Source of the DNA: an uncultured Acidobacteriota bacterium
GTDB taxonomy: Bacteria > Acidobacteriota > UBA6911 > RPQK01 > JAPXNP01
DNA length: 30,348 bases
Direction: 5' to 3'
Assembly: GCA_963777605.1 (NCBI GenBank)
Contig: CAVZRV010000044.1
Coordinates: forward strand, 1 to 30,348
Made by a program: the position numbers and the translations under genes. Under the pieces are notes generated by a model. That model was not told the DNA's origin. It saw only the letters and a program-made list of their open reading frames with translations, and searched no databases. Below are positions 1-11,528 of this stretch, piece by piece. Position 1 is the stretch's first letter; the number at the start of each line of letters is the position of its first letter.

Positions 1-648
1 CATTCGCGGTTGACCCAGGATTCCGCCTGCCTCCGACCGCAGATCTTCGGGGTCGCCTGGAACGTCTGCATGCACTGCTCGTGGATCTTTCCCGTGCATC
101 CGGGGAGCGGACACACCTGTGGAAGCCGTTTGTCCGATATGGCGAACTTCTTGTGGAACTTGCCGAGAAGATGAGGGAGAGCAGTCTGCGCAGTCCCGGA
201 CAGTGGCGCAGCAGACACCTCCTCATGGAAAAGGCGCGAGACGCGTTCCTCTTGCGCGGCGTCGAGTCTGGCAAGTACCCGAGGGACCCGCAGGTGTCTG
301 TATGCTCCGATAAGCCGTCAGATCGACAGCTACGGTTCGGAGTTGCTGGAGGGGCTCTATTTCGTGGAGTTGAACGACTTCGCGGAGAAGTACCTCGAGT
401 ACGGCGATGCGATCCTCAATCCGGACCAGAAAACCAGACTTCACCAACTACTGGCAATCGGCTATCGCATGACCGGGGACCAACTCAACAGCCTGTCCCA
501 CCTGCAGCAGTGTGATCTGAAGGCGACTCGGCTAAAGAGGGCTCGCGGAATACAGACGAAGGGGAATCCCGGTGCCCCCCGTCAAGCTTTCGGAACCCGC
601 CGTTCAATAGCTTCCGGGAATTCAATCCTGTCCACACTCAACGCGTGA
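1..648 (+). CDS. Partial hypothetical helical (TPR-like) protein, 5' end outside the window, one frameshift near 320
   Basis: Frame +3 is open from the window start into ORF 81..515 and continues in ORF 343..648 (LLEGLYFVELNDFAEKYL...LLAIGYRMTGD). Helical composition, no motif recognised. Confidence 0.45.
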
Positions 649-683
649 CGAGTCCCTCGTCAGGATAGGGGGGGAGGAAGTGC

Positions 684-2986
684 GTGTTTGCACCAGCTCG
701 TCTATGGTTCGGAGTCATAGGAATCCAGTGCTCGCGCGGAGCGCTGGTAAGTGCAAACTGGCGGAGCGGCGAGTTAGAGGTTGACTAGGGATATTGTGGT
801 GCGGCTGGGTCGCTGACGCGCTTCCGGCGGGGCGGTCCCCGGGGCGATCGCTTTGTGTTGGAGCCCGGCATCCGGAAAATCATCACGACCGACGAGGATG
901 CGGGAGCTTCTGTTTTCCCGAAATCGATCCCCTGACGAACGCTGTCTCGGTGAACGCTCCTGGATTCGAGGAACAGAGGACGGAATTGCGGGTGTCCAGT
1001 CCGCCGGTTACGGAACTGAACCTGATCCTCTTTCCGGCAATTATCGAGGAGATGGTCACGGTCATGGCGGCGACCCGAACCGTCAAGAGTCTCGATGAGG
1101 TGCCGGTTCGAGACCGAAGTGGTCCTGCCGGAGTTGATCGAGCTTTCCGCCTCCCGGAACCTCGCTGACGCGGTGGAGCATATCAGCCCCGGAATACGGG
1201 TCGAAAAGCAATTGTCAGAACTGCAATTTCTCACAGATTCGGATGCTCGGGCTGCAGGGACCGTATACCCAGATACTTTTTGATCAGTGAAGCCGACGAT
1301 GTCTTCTTTGGCGCAGGTGTACGGGATCGAGCAGATCCCCTCCCGGATGGTGGAAAGAATTGAAGTGGTCAAGGGAGGTGGGTCGTCCATCTACGGCCCC
1401 GGATCAGTTGGAGGAGTGGTGAACATCGTCTCCCACGTTCCGTCCCAGACCGGCGGACGCCTGCTCGGCCGTACCGGCTGGATGAACGGGGTTCCCGATC
1501 AGACTTTCAGTGCTTCCGCCGACTGGGCCTCTTCAGATCGAGACAGCGCTGTGACCATCTTTGGGCAGAGCGACAAGGTTCATCCCGTGGACATTGACGG
1601 CGACGGGTTCACCGAAGTTTCCAAGAGGGATTTTGGGGCGTTGGGAGCCCGTATCAGGCATGACTTCCTCGATCAGAAAGGTGAGTTGACCGCTGACTTC
1701 AACCGGTTTCAGGAGGAACGTCGCGGGGGAGACCGCCTCGATCTGCTCGCCTGATCAGGCCAGCTTGGCCGAAGCGGTAGAGAGCACGCGTTCAGCCGGC
1801 GGTGTGAGCTGGCACCACACTCCGAGCGCTGCGTTTGACTACCGCCTCGCTCGTGGGTGGCCCGGATGAAGAGGGATACCTATTACGGCTCGGGACAAGA
1901 CCCAAACGCTTATGGGACCAGTCGGAATCCGCTGTGGGTCATTGACTCCCAGTTCAATCATTTGTTCGGCCCGCATGTTCTGTCGTGGGGAGGCCAGGTC
2001 TCCTCGGACGGGGTCGAGGATGTTCGAGCCGGCTTACGACCGCACGTACGACGAAACCTACCGGAACATGGGCGCGTTCATTCAGGACGACTGGTTCTTT
2101 CTTCCCCGGCCTGGAGTTTGTATGGGGAGGCCGGATCGACAAACACAGCGCGATTGCCGAACCGGTTTTCTCGCCCAGAGTGGCCCTGATGTGGACGGCG
2201 GCACCCGACTTGCGCGTGCGAACGTCGATGGCGACCGGTTTCCTGGCTCCCCGTGTGTTCGACGAAGACCTGCATATTACGGTAGCCGGAGGCGAAGCCC
2301 AGGTCATCCGAAATGCTGTCAATCTCAAGGAGGAACGTTCGACCACGCTGATGGCCGGGTTCGAGTGGAGGGACTTCCAGGTGGGAGGCGGGGTCGGCCT
2401 GGTGGGAATCAACCTGTTCCATACTTCGATGAAGGACCTTTTCAACGTCGTGGAGGACGACCTTCTTGAAACCGAGGAGATGGAGTTCACTCGGGTCAAT
2501 TTTGGCAAAGCGAGGGTCCACGGCGCTGAAGTCAATCTTGGGTACATGTTCAATCCATCCCTGGAGATTCAGCTCGGGTACGTGGAGCAGCGGGCGCTTT
2601 TCGACCATGCCGAACCCGATTTCGGAAGCAGCGAGTTCTTTCGCACCCCCAATCGCTACGGCCTGGCGACCCTGGTTTACCGGAATACTCGACTGGTCAA
2701 TCTCTTTCTGGGAACATGATTTACGGGACAGATGAGCGTACCTCACTACGCCGGCTGGATTGCTGAGGAGAGACTCGAAAGAAGTCCATCATACTGGACG
2801 CTGGACGCCAGTATATCCAGGTCCTTGCCGGTGCGATCTGATGCCAGAGTGCTGGTGACCATTGGAGGAAAGAACTTGACCGACTACCCGGACGATCTTG
2901 ATCGGGGACCGGACCGTGACTCCGGGTACGTTTGGGGTCCGAGGTTTCCCAGAACTCTCTATGTCAGTTTGGCCGTGGAATTCTAA
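684..2986 (+). CDS. TonB-dependent outer-membrane receptor (CirA/FepA-like) with N-terminal extension, several frameshifts
   Basis: GGAGG at 673-677 and GTG at 684 give a signal-peptide-like start. Stitched plug: [23 protein letters not shown]...[23 protein letters not shown]...[35 protein letters not shown]. Barrel strands follow and the C-terminus is YVSLAVEF (terminal Phe). Confidence 0.9.
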
Positions 2987-3075
2987 CGAAAGGGGACTTG
3001 AGTTTCCCCATGCCGAGTGACGACGATTGTTTGATTGAAGCTGTTGCCTGACCTGACACATTAATTTGAGCGAGA

Positions 3076-3103
3076 GGGGCACCGACGAATCCGGTTGTGC
3101 CCC
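3076..3103. terminator. GC-rich hairpin between convergent genes, possible bidirectional terminator
   Basis: GGGGCAC (3076-3082) pairs with GTGCCCC (3097-3103); no clear U-tract. Confidence 0.3.
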
Positions 3104-3118
3104 CCTTCGTGGCTGGTG

Positions 3119-5021
3119 CTAATTTGCGTCGGCGCGACCTGCCATCACTGGAAACGCTGTCAAAATTGGGACCTCATTGGGATACGGTACGGCCCCGTCG
3201 CCATTCTGTCGCAAGGTCAGTGCCGCTACGGAGACGTCGCTGCCCACAGTGACCACTCCTTCCATTTCGCGCAACTGGTTGACCAGTTCTGGGGCTGCCC
3301 CGGCTTCCTGAAAGATCTCCCAGATGAACTTTCCGATCGCTTGCCCGGGTTGCAGGATCATCTGGACCTGCCCCAGTTGAGTTTCGAAGGCCTGATCCCA
3401 TACTCTAAACGTCAACGTAGCCGGAGTACCCGGGTTCGTGGTGTCACCCGCAGGATTGACGACAGCAAGCCCGGTGTCGTTGGCTGCCGTCGAGTCGAGC
3501 AGGACCGTGAAGTCTTGAATCGGGCGCGCGGCCGGAACGCCTGCCTCGGTCATCGTGATTCCGTTGTCGGCACGACTGAATACCACGGTACCGGTGATCG
3601 GTGACGTGGTGTTGTCGGCCTGGGGATCGGAGGAGCGTTTCACCTTGACCAGGGCGTAGCCGACCTGGAGCCCATCTTCGGTCCCCGGCGTCTGCGCCGA
3701 GAAGACCCGTCCCCGCGTAAAAGTCAGGTCAAATGCAGACGCGGGGCCGCTCTCACCCAATGTGACCGCCAGAGGATTCCCGGCCCGATCGTAGAACTCA
3801 ACCACGGCATCCCGGTCTTCCCCGACACTGGCGAGCAAAAGACTGCTCTTCAACTGGATCCCGTCCGACAGCCCGTCGCCGACCAGCGGAAAATAGAAGA
3901 CGTCTGAGAACTCAGGTTCCAGGTGTGCCACCTGGAATCCGAGCTTGCTCATGGTCTCTTTGTCGAGTGGTTCGGCGTAAAAGAGGTGCTGGTTGTCAAC
4001 CTCGGATTTGAGATAAGACCAGTCGCTGTTTTCCTGAAGGTTGTTGACGTCTCCATCGAACTGGGCAAAATCATACTTCAAGGCGGTTTGCCAGTCCGCC
4101 GGAATCGGAACCACGCCCGTCGGCCCCGCAATCTTCTTGGTATCCGGGTTCCACCGGGTCATCGTGATGGACCCTGTCGTGTTGTATTCCTGGATTGCGG
4201 AGTTGGACCCGCCGAAGTTGGCGTGACAGTCCTTGCATTCGGAACCGTTCTTCTTGATGGTGTGCGAATGAAATGAGGAGATGATGACGTTGGTCTTGCC
4301 GTCGTAGGTGTGGGTCATGAAGTTACCCAGGCTACCTTGCCGTCTTTCTTGACCAGCATCTTGAAGTTCCAGATCTGGTTGATTGCACGGTTCTTTCCGG
4401 TGGCGATCAGCGTTTCGAAGTGGCAACTGGCACAGGCGACGCTTCCAACGGCGTGACAAGCGGCGCAGTCAACGGTGTCGGCGTGGATGACGTGAGACTC
4501 GTTTTCGGCCAGCGTCGTGTGGCAACCCTCGCACGAAGCCTTAGTGGCGCCGTCTTCTTTCAGTGAGACGTACTCAACGCCGTCATCGCCGTGCAGTTCA
4601 GCACTGGTGTGACACGACCAGCAGGTCATGCCGGCGTTCATGTGGACATCCACCTTGGGATCGGTTTCGGCATTGCCGTAGCGGACTCGCTCGTACACCT
4701 GACGGCTGTGGCAGTTCAGGCAGCTCTGCTCCTCGACTGAAAGGTCGGAGGCGTGGCAGTCGGAACAGGTTGGAGAGTAGGCGGCGGATCGATATCATTA
4801 CCGGCGGCATCCTTTCCCGTGCCCGAGTGGCATTTCCAGCAAGACAAATCCTGCATTGGAATGTCCGTGATCAACTCCATACCACCGTTTTCTTTGGCGT
4901 AGGCGGTGAACTTTCCCTGCCTGGTCTTGTGCAGGCTGGTGTCAAATTGCGCCTGGGCAAACATCAGGTCTGCACCGACAAACGCAAGCAGCAGGGTCAG
5001 AAAGGTGACTCGAATTCTCAT
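3119..5021 (-). CDS. Secreted octaheme c-type cytochrome with C-terminal non-heme domain, two frameshifts near 4785 and 4330
   Basis: AGGAGG RBS and Sec signal MRIRVTFLTLLLAFVGADLMFAQA. Eight CxxCH motifs after stitching: CWKCH, CSDCH (4753-4767), CLNCH (4708-4722), CWSCH, CEGCH, CAACH, CASCH, CKDCH. Heme-free domain from VFYFPLVGDG to ILTAFPV. Confidence 0.88.
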
Positions 5022-5092
5022 CGTGACCTCCTGTGAAAGCTGCGTCGGGGAACCCCGATCGATTCATGTGGATAGGGATCAACTGGGAAGGA

Positions 5093-5112
5093 TTGATTGA
5101 CAAACCAATCAA
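5093..5112. promoter_or_regulatory. Inverted repeat, candidate operator upstream of the cytochrome
   Basis: TTGATTG-ACAAAC-CAATCAA, perfect 7-bp arms. Confidence 0.5.
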
Positions 5113-5150
5113 AAAGAATGGCTTCACGCCGTAAGTCTACAGCTTATTTA

Positions 5151-5166
5151 TACATTGATCAATGTA
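5151..5166. promoter_or_regulatory. Perfect 16-bp palindrome, candidate operator
   Basis: TACATTGATCAATGTA in the AT-rich divergent intergenic region. Confidence 0.55.
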
Positions 5167-5422
5167 GATTTTAGAAAAGAGTTACTTCTGAGTCATTTTG
5201 GTTGCGATTGCCACTCCTGCCCGTTCGACTGGGACAGACCGTTTGCGGTGTCCCGGAAGTGCCGGCCGCATTTCGACAGCCTTCCGGAGGTGATGGGATG
5301 ATAGAGTATTCTCGTCGAGGGTAAGCTGGCTCCCCTATCCCTATCGGATGCATTGGGGAGCGCCCCTGTGGAACGAACCCGGACGGCCGTTTAAGCGACT
5401 GGGTAACCTGCCGGATATCGGG

Positions 5423-6817
<1,395 letters not shown>

Positions 6818-6822
6818 CTTGT

Positions 6823-6863
6823 TTGCAGCCTTCAATTGCCCGCAAGCGTAGCGGATTCGCTAC
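6823..6863. promoter_or_regulatory. Candidate upstream activator sites for the sigma54 promoter
   Basis: TTGCA-GCC-TTCAA (6823-6835) and inverted repeat GTAGCG-GATT-CGCTAC (6848-6863), about 90-130 bp upstream of the -24/-12 element. Confidence 0.4.
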
Positions 6864-6950
6864 TGTCTGGAATGGCGGAGATCCTGGTCTGCGTTGCCTA
6901 ACTTCCCTGTTTTCTGAACTTCCAGCTTTTTTCTGAGAACGGTTGTCGAC

Positions 6951-6965
6951 TGGCACTCTTCTTGC
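6951..6965 (+). promoter_or_regulatory. sigma54 (-24/-12) promoter of the ORP-like operon
   Basis: TGGCAC-TCTTC-TTGC matches TGGCAC-N5-TTGC, about 20 nt before ATG 6987. Confidence 0.88.
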
Positions 6966-6986
6966 TCAATCAGGGAAGCGTGACCG

Positions 6987-7586
6987 ATGGACAGCGACGT
7001 AAAACGGCATTTTCTCACTTGGCCAACCGGGTTGCTCCGGTCTTTGACACCCCCGCGAACTCCGTGTGATCGAGTTTGTGGACGGCCGCGTGGCCGGCGA
7101 GAGCGGGGAGGTGATTTGGGAAGAGTTGCCCATCCAGAAGGTGTTACGGCTCGCCGAACTGGGCTTAGAAACCTTGGTGTGCGGGGCGATTTCTCGTTTC
7201 CGCTCGAAGAACTGATTGCCGCATATGGGATTGAGGTCGTCCCGTTTATCACGGGTGACTTGAAGGAGGTCGTCGAGGCCTGGCGGACCGGTGGGTTCAG
7301 TCGAAGGGCATTCGCGATGCCCGGATGCGGACGCCGTGGGGTCAGGCGGGGCCGTGACAGCATTCGAAAGGAGAAACCGATGAATGGCAGAGGACGTGGA
7401 TCGGGCGGTCCGGGCCGTGGCCAGGGCGTCCGGGGAGGCGGTCGGATGGGCGGCCCGTTAAGGGCCGGCCCGACCGGAAACTGTACCTGTCCCAAATGCG
7501 GGCATGTCGAACCTCACGAGCGGGGGACTCCATGTGTGGAACGGACGTGCCCTCAATGCGGGACGACGATGACGAGGCAGTCTTGA
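6987..7586 (+). CDS. NifB/NifX-family (COG1433) protein with Gly/Arg-rich linker and C-terminal Cys-rich domain, frameshifted N-half
   Basis: Stitched NRVAPVFD...VLRLAELG..TLVCGAIS.PLEELIAAYGIEVVPFITGD...FAMPGC, then GRGRGSGGPGRG... and CTCPKCGH...PC...CPQCG. Confidence 0.8.
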   Translation: MDSDVKRHFLTWPTGLLRSLTPPRTPCDRVCGRPRGRRERGGDLGRVAHPEGVTARRTGLRNLGVRGDFSFPLEELIAAYGIEVVPFITGDLKEVVEAWRTGGFSRRAFAMPGCGRRGVRRGRDSIRKEKPMNGRGRGSGGPGRGQGVRGGGRMGGPLRAGPTGNCTCPKCGHVEPHERGTPCVERTCPQCGTTMTRQS

Positions 7587-7611
7587 GGACTGTGCCAGGG
7601 AGGTTATTGGA

Positions 7612-7980
7612 ATGCCAGGAGGAGATCGAACTGGACCCCGTGGATGGGGTGCCATGACAGGTCGTGCGGCCGGGTTTTGCGCGGGTAACGAGGCTCCTGG
7701 ATACTCAAAACAGGGACCGGGTCGAGGCTTGAGGATGGGTCGTTGCTTTCGGGGCGGAAACCGGGGCCTGCTCGCCCGGGGTTCGACCGCCGTCTCCCGA
7801 GGCGGTCGACGGGGAGGGGGTGGTGTAGAGCCGTATAGCGGTCGAACCTATACGCTCGAACCCGAACCCACGATCGAACGGAGGGCGCTCAGGCAGCAGG
7901 CGAAGGCCCTGCAGGCCGAACTCGATGCCGTCAAGAAACGGCTGGAGGAACTCAAGCAGCCCGAAACAAGAAGAGACTGA
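7612..7980 (+). CDS. DUF5320-family protein
   Basis: N-terminal MPGGDRTGPRGWGAMTGRAAGFCAG, Gly/Arg-rich middle, coiled-coil C-terminus, GGAGG RBS. Confidence 0.85.
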   Translation: MPGGDRTGPRGWGAMTGRAAGFCAGNEAPGYSKQGPGRGLRMGRCFRGGNRGLLARGSTAVSRGGRRGGGGVEPYSGRTYTLEPEPTIERRALRQQAKALQAELDAVKKRLEELKQPETRRD

Positions 7981-8074
7981 GGAGTGATTGTTTAACCAGG
8001 GTGCAGGTCCGCAGGAAGGGCATTATCCTCTTCAGGAGAGGCCTGCGGACTTCGCCGGGAAAGGGGAACGCTTC

Positions 8075-8435
8075 ATGAGGATCGTCTTTACTACCTCGGG
8101 ATCAGGGGAAGATGCGCCGCTCGAGCCCCGGTTTGGTCGACGCCCGCATTCCTCGTCTACGATTCGGATCACGTCTCGTTTCAGTCAATCGACAACAGCG
8201 AAGGTTCGGGATCGGGGCTGGGTGCCGGAATCCAGGCGGCGGAAAGGGTGGCGAGGGCCGGGGCGGATGTCGTCGTTACGGGTCACTGTGGACCGAAGGC
8301 ATTTCGAGTGCTGCGCGCCGCCGGAATCAAGGTTTTCAACTCCGAAGCTGCCACGGTAGCGAACGCTCTCGAACTCTATCGAGCCGGCTGTTAGTCGAAG
8401 CAAAAGAGCCCGACGTGGACGGGCACTGGTTATGA
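8075..8435 (+). CDS. NifB/NifX-family Orange-protein-like metalloprotein, frameshifted
   Basis: MRIVFTTSG..DAPLEPRFGR..FLVYD...GAGIQAAERVARAGADVVVTGHCGPKAFRVLRAAGIKVF...EPDVDGHWL. Confidence 0.85.
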
Positions 8436-8929
8436 GTACGGGGAAGGTCACCTACACACCGATCGGGATTGTCCACAGCAGACATCGAATCGCTGAAAAG
8501 ACGCCGATTCAGCCGGCGTACGCTTCTGATTGCGAGGGACAAGATGAGGTGTTTCCGAGTACGTTGAAGTGTTCGGGACCTCGACGGGTTCTCCCATGTC
8601 TATTTAATTTATCACCTCACAGGGCAGCACCTTCCAGGCTCACGGTGAGACCGTTCCTTCAGGATGTGGACAGGGGAGTATTTTCGACCAGGTCCCCCCT
8701 GCGACCCAACCCGATCGGATTGAGCATCGTTCAGTTGGTGCGGGTGGAGGAAATGTCCTCCACCTGCAGGGAGTGGACATACTGGACGGTAATCCGGTCC
8801 TCGACCTCAAGCCGTGGACCGAGAAATTCGACGATGTCAAAACGTTGCAAAACGGCTGGCAGGACGACGTGACGAGGGTACTGCCGGGTACGGGGACGTC
8901 GAAACTACGGTGGCGGAGGAGACTCATGA
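8432..8929 (+). CDS. tsaA: TrmO/TsaA-family tRNA t6A37 N6-methyltransferase-like protein, frameshifted
   Basis: TPIGIVHS...TPIQP...DLDGFSH...RGVFSTRSPLRPNPIGLSIV...VDILDGNPVLDLKPW; ATGA overlaps on both sides. Confidence 0.85.
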
Positions 8930-9760
8930 TCCTCGCGGTTGCGTCGGGGAAGGGCTGCACCGGAAAGACGACTGTGGCGGTCAATCTTGCCAAGGTGTGT
9001 GGGACGCCGGTCGAGTTGCTGGATTGCGACGTCGAGAACCGAACGATCACCTGTTCCTCTCTTGCCTCCTGGACAAGGGAAGAGAAGTCTCCATACCTAT
9101 CCCGCAGGTTGACACCTCACTCTGCGACAGCTGTGGCGAGTGTTCCCGGTTCTGCCAGTTTCATGCCATCGTTTGCCTGGGAAAGCGGCCCCTGGTCTTT
9201 CCCGAACTTTGTCACGGGTGCCGCGGATGTGCGATGGTCTGTCCCGGGAGGCGATCTGGGAGGCCGACAGGCGCATCGGCGTCGTCTCGACACTGCGCTC
9301 TGGTAACGTCACCCTGATTCAGGGCCGTCTTGACGTCGGCGTGGCCACGGCGCGCCGCTGATCCGGCGGTCCGGGTAAGCGACCGTGATTCACCCGCGAT
9401 CCTGACGCCCCGCCCGGGACAACCTGCCCGGTCATAGCGACGGAAGGATGCGGATTACCTTCTCCTGGTCACAGAGCCAATCCGTTCGGCCTCCATGACC
9501 TGAAGCTGGCTGTCGAAATGGCGCGGAAGCTGGGATTAGAATTCGGTGTGGTGATCAACCGGGCCGGAATCGGTGATGACCGGGTGCACGACTTTTGTGC
9601 TGGACAGGGAATCCGGGTGCTGGCCGAGATTCCGGATGACCGGAGGGTCGCGGAACTCTCGTCGAAAGGAGCCTCAATCGTCGAGCACCTTCCGGGATAC
9701 CGCGCGCTCTTTGAACGCCTGGCCGAAGAGGTTCTCCTGGAAGTGAATCCTGGGATTTAG
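8926..9760 (+). CDS. MinD/ParA-like P-loop ATPase with inserted 2x[4Fe-4S] ferredoxin domain (COG1149), frameshifted
   Basis: MILAVASGKGCTGKTT, LLDCDVE.PN, CDSCGECSRFC, CHGCRGCAMVCP, DAPPG..CPV, LVTEP..FGLHDL, VVINRAG. Confidence 0.88.
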
Positions 9761-9882
9761 ATTGTGTGGGATGGGAGACCTGTACGGGTTAGAGGCGGTC
9801 CGGCGGATTGAGACGCCGGAATCGCGAGTCCTGTTTCCGGTGAGTTCTTGACTGTCTTGAATTCAGTAGGCGAGTCGAGCGA

Positions 9883-10105
9883 GTCGAGTACCTGACCGGC
9901 TACGAAGGAAACGGCTTTGCAGCAACAGGAAACGCGGAAAGCGACCTGTTGAGTATCACGGGGGTCGACCCGATGAGCTGACGCTGTCGAGATCTTCCTG
10001 GCTGAAGCGGGAGTTGACCGGTCGCTGGTGGACCGCCTGGTGGCGCGTGGCGATCTGTGGAAGTGGATTACGGAGGACACAGGTTTCTCCTCCGAAAGTT
10101 CACCC
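9883..10105 (+). pseudogene. C-terminal remnant of a radical-SAM (COG0731-like) gene
   Basis: Hand translation VEYLTGYEGNGFAATGNAESDLLSITGVDPM...AVEIFLAEAGVDRSLVDRLVARGDL.EVDYGGHRFLLRKF resembles the C-terminus of radical-SAM proteins I recall from ORP-type clusters. No CxxxCxxC domain upstream. Confidence 0.55.
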
Positions 10106-10233
10106 GGCAGGGGAGATCGACGTCTACACGGGGATGGGGCCAATCCGAGTTGGGTGACAGACTCGTTGAAAGGATCGGGATCCTGCCGCCTTGATCGTTC
10201 GAGTGTCGGGCGCATGAGGAGCAGGTTGAATTC

Positions 10234-11105
10234 ATGAAAGAACTGTTGTTATCAGTGGAAAAGGAGGAACCGGAAAGACCAGCCTTACCGCGTCGTTTGC
10301 AGTGCTGGCCAGCCGGCCCGTCCTCGCGGATTGTGACGTGGACGCCTCGGACCTGCAGTTATCCTGTCTCCCCAGGTGAAAGAGCGGCATCGGTTCATCA
10401 GCGGGCACGAGGCGTCGATTCGGCAGGAGGACTGTCTTGGCGTGGGGCCTGCGCACAAATTGCCGTTTTGATACCGTGAAGGTGACCGGCAAACCGCCTG
10501 TCGCTGTCCGATATTCGATCGACGCGACCGCCTGTGAAGGCTGTGGAGTCTGTGTTCGTTCCTGTATTGCCGGGGCGATTGACTTTCCGGAGCGGGACTG
10601 TGGCGAGTGGATGATCTCGGATACCCGCTGCGGACCCATGGTTCACGCCCAACTTGGAGTGGCAGCAGATAACTCGGGAAAATTGGTCACGGAGATTCGT
10701 CGAGAGGCTCACCGGATTGCCAGGGAGGAGGGGCGTCCCCTGGTCATCCTGGACGGTCCTCCGGGCATAGGCTGTCCGGTGATCGCTTCGTTGACCGGGG
10801 CCACCCAGGTTCTCGCGGTCACGGAGCCAACGGTGTCGGGACGGCACAATCTCGAGAGGTTGCTTTCCCTGACCCGGCACTTCGAAATCCCGACCTCGGT
10901 TTGCGTCAACAAGTGGGATATCAACCCCGAACTCGCAGACCGGATAGAGGAAGAAACTCGCCAACTTGGAGCCACGATTTTAGGACGTATCCGTTATGAC
11001 CCGGAAGTGACCCAGGCCCAGACCAGGGAGCAGGCGATCGTCGAGACGCCGGCTCCCTCTGCCGGGGATGTCGAACGGGTCTGGGGGCAACTTGGACTGC
11101 AGTAG
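10234..11105 (+). CDS. Second ferredoxin-containing MinD-like ATPase (COG1149), frameshifted
   Basis: MKEL..ISGKGGTGKTS, LADCDVDASDL, CEGCGVCVRSC, GPMVHAQLG...NSGKLV, DGPPGIGCPVIASLTG, VTEPTVSG, VNKWDIN. Confidence 0.9.
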
Positions 11106-11111
11106 AACTGA

Positions 11112-11528
11112 ATGGCGACACATTCCAGCTCAACTCACTCGGGATGCTTGCTTTGCGGAGACCGCAACCCGAGGTCGCTTGGCCTTCACTTTGAATCCGA
11201 CGGAAACGGAGGGGTCCGGGCCGGCTTCAGGGCGCAACCCTATTACCAGGGATACGACGGCATGCTGCACGGTGGCGTGATCGCGGCCCTGCTCGATGCA
11301 GGGATGACCCACTGCCTGTTCCACAGGAGAATTCAGGCGGTGACCGGGGACCTCTACGTACGCTTCGTTCACCCCGTAAGGTGCGGCGAGAACCTGGAGA
11401 TTCGAGCCTGGCTTCTGTCGAGTGATCCACCTCTATTCCTGCTCAAATCCGAGGTGAGGACGGCGGGTCGAGTCCTCGCCTGGGCAGAGGCTAAGTTCAT
11501 GGCACGCAAGAGTGTTAGGTTTAGGTAG
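11112..11528 (+). CDS. PaaI-family (hotdog) thioesterase
   Basis: CLLCGDRNPRSLGLHF and YQGYDGMLHGGVIAALLD motifs; intact ORF. Confidence 0.88.
   Translation: MATHSSSTHSGCLLCGDRNPRSLGLHFESDGNGGVRAGFRAQPYYQGYDGMLHGGVIAALLDAGMTHCLFHRRIQAVTGDLYVRFVHPVRCGENLEIRAWLLSSDPPLFLLKSEVRTAGRVLAWAEAKFMARKSVRFR

Noticed and set aside
558-620. Cobalamin riboswitch upstream of the TonB-dependent receptor (GGGAATCCCGGTG...CCCC)
   Set aside because: Only the first motif matches; the AATCC, ACTGT and B12-box elements are missing.
686-758. Branched RNA fold (GTTTGCAC/GTGCAAAC enclosing two hairpins) as a new riboswitch
   Set aside because: It overlaps the probable GTG start at 684 and the signal-peptide codons, and there is no covariation evidence.
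5093-5112. FNR box
   Set aside because: TTGAT and ATCAA are 10 nt apart, not 4.
8007-8050. Intergenic stem-loop GTCCGCAGG/CCTGCGGAC as a terminator or ncRNA
   Set aside because: No U-tract and a single copy inside an operon; function cannot be supported.
8944-8973. Unusual Walker A GKGCTGKT in ATPase 1
   Set aside because: One base from canonical GKGGTGKT in an error-rich region.
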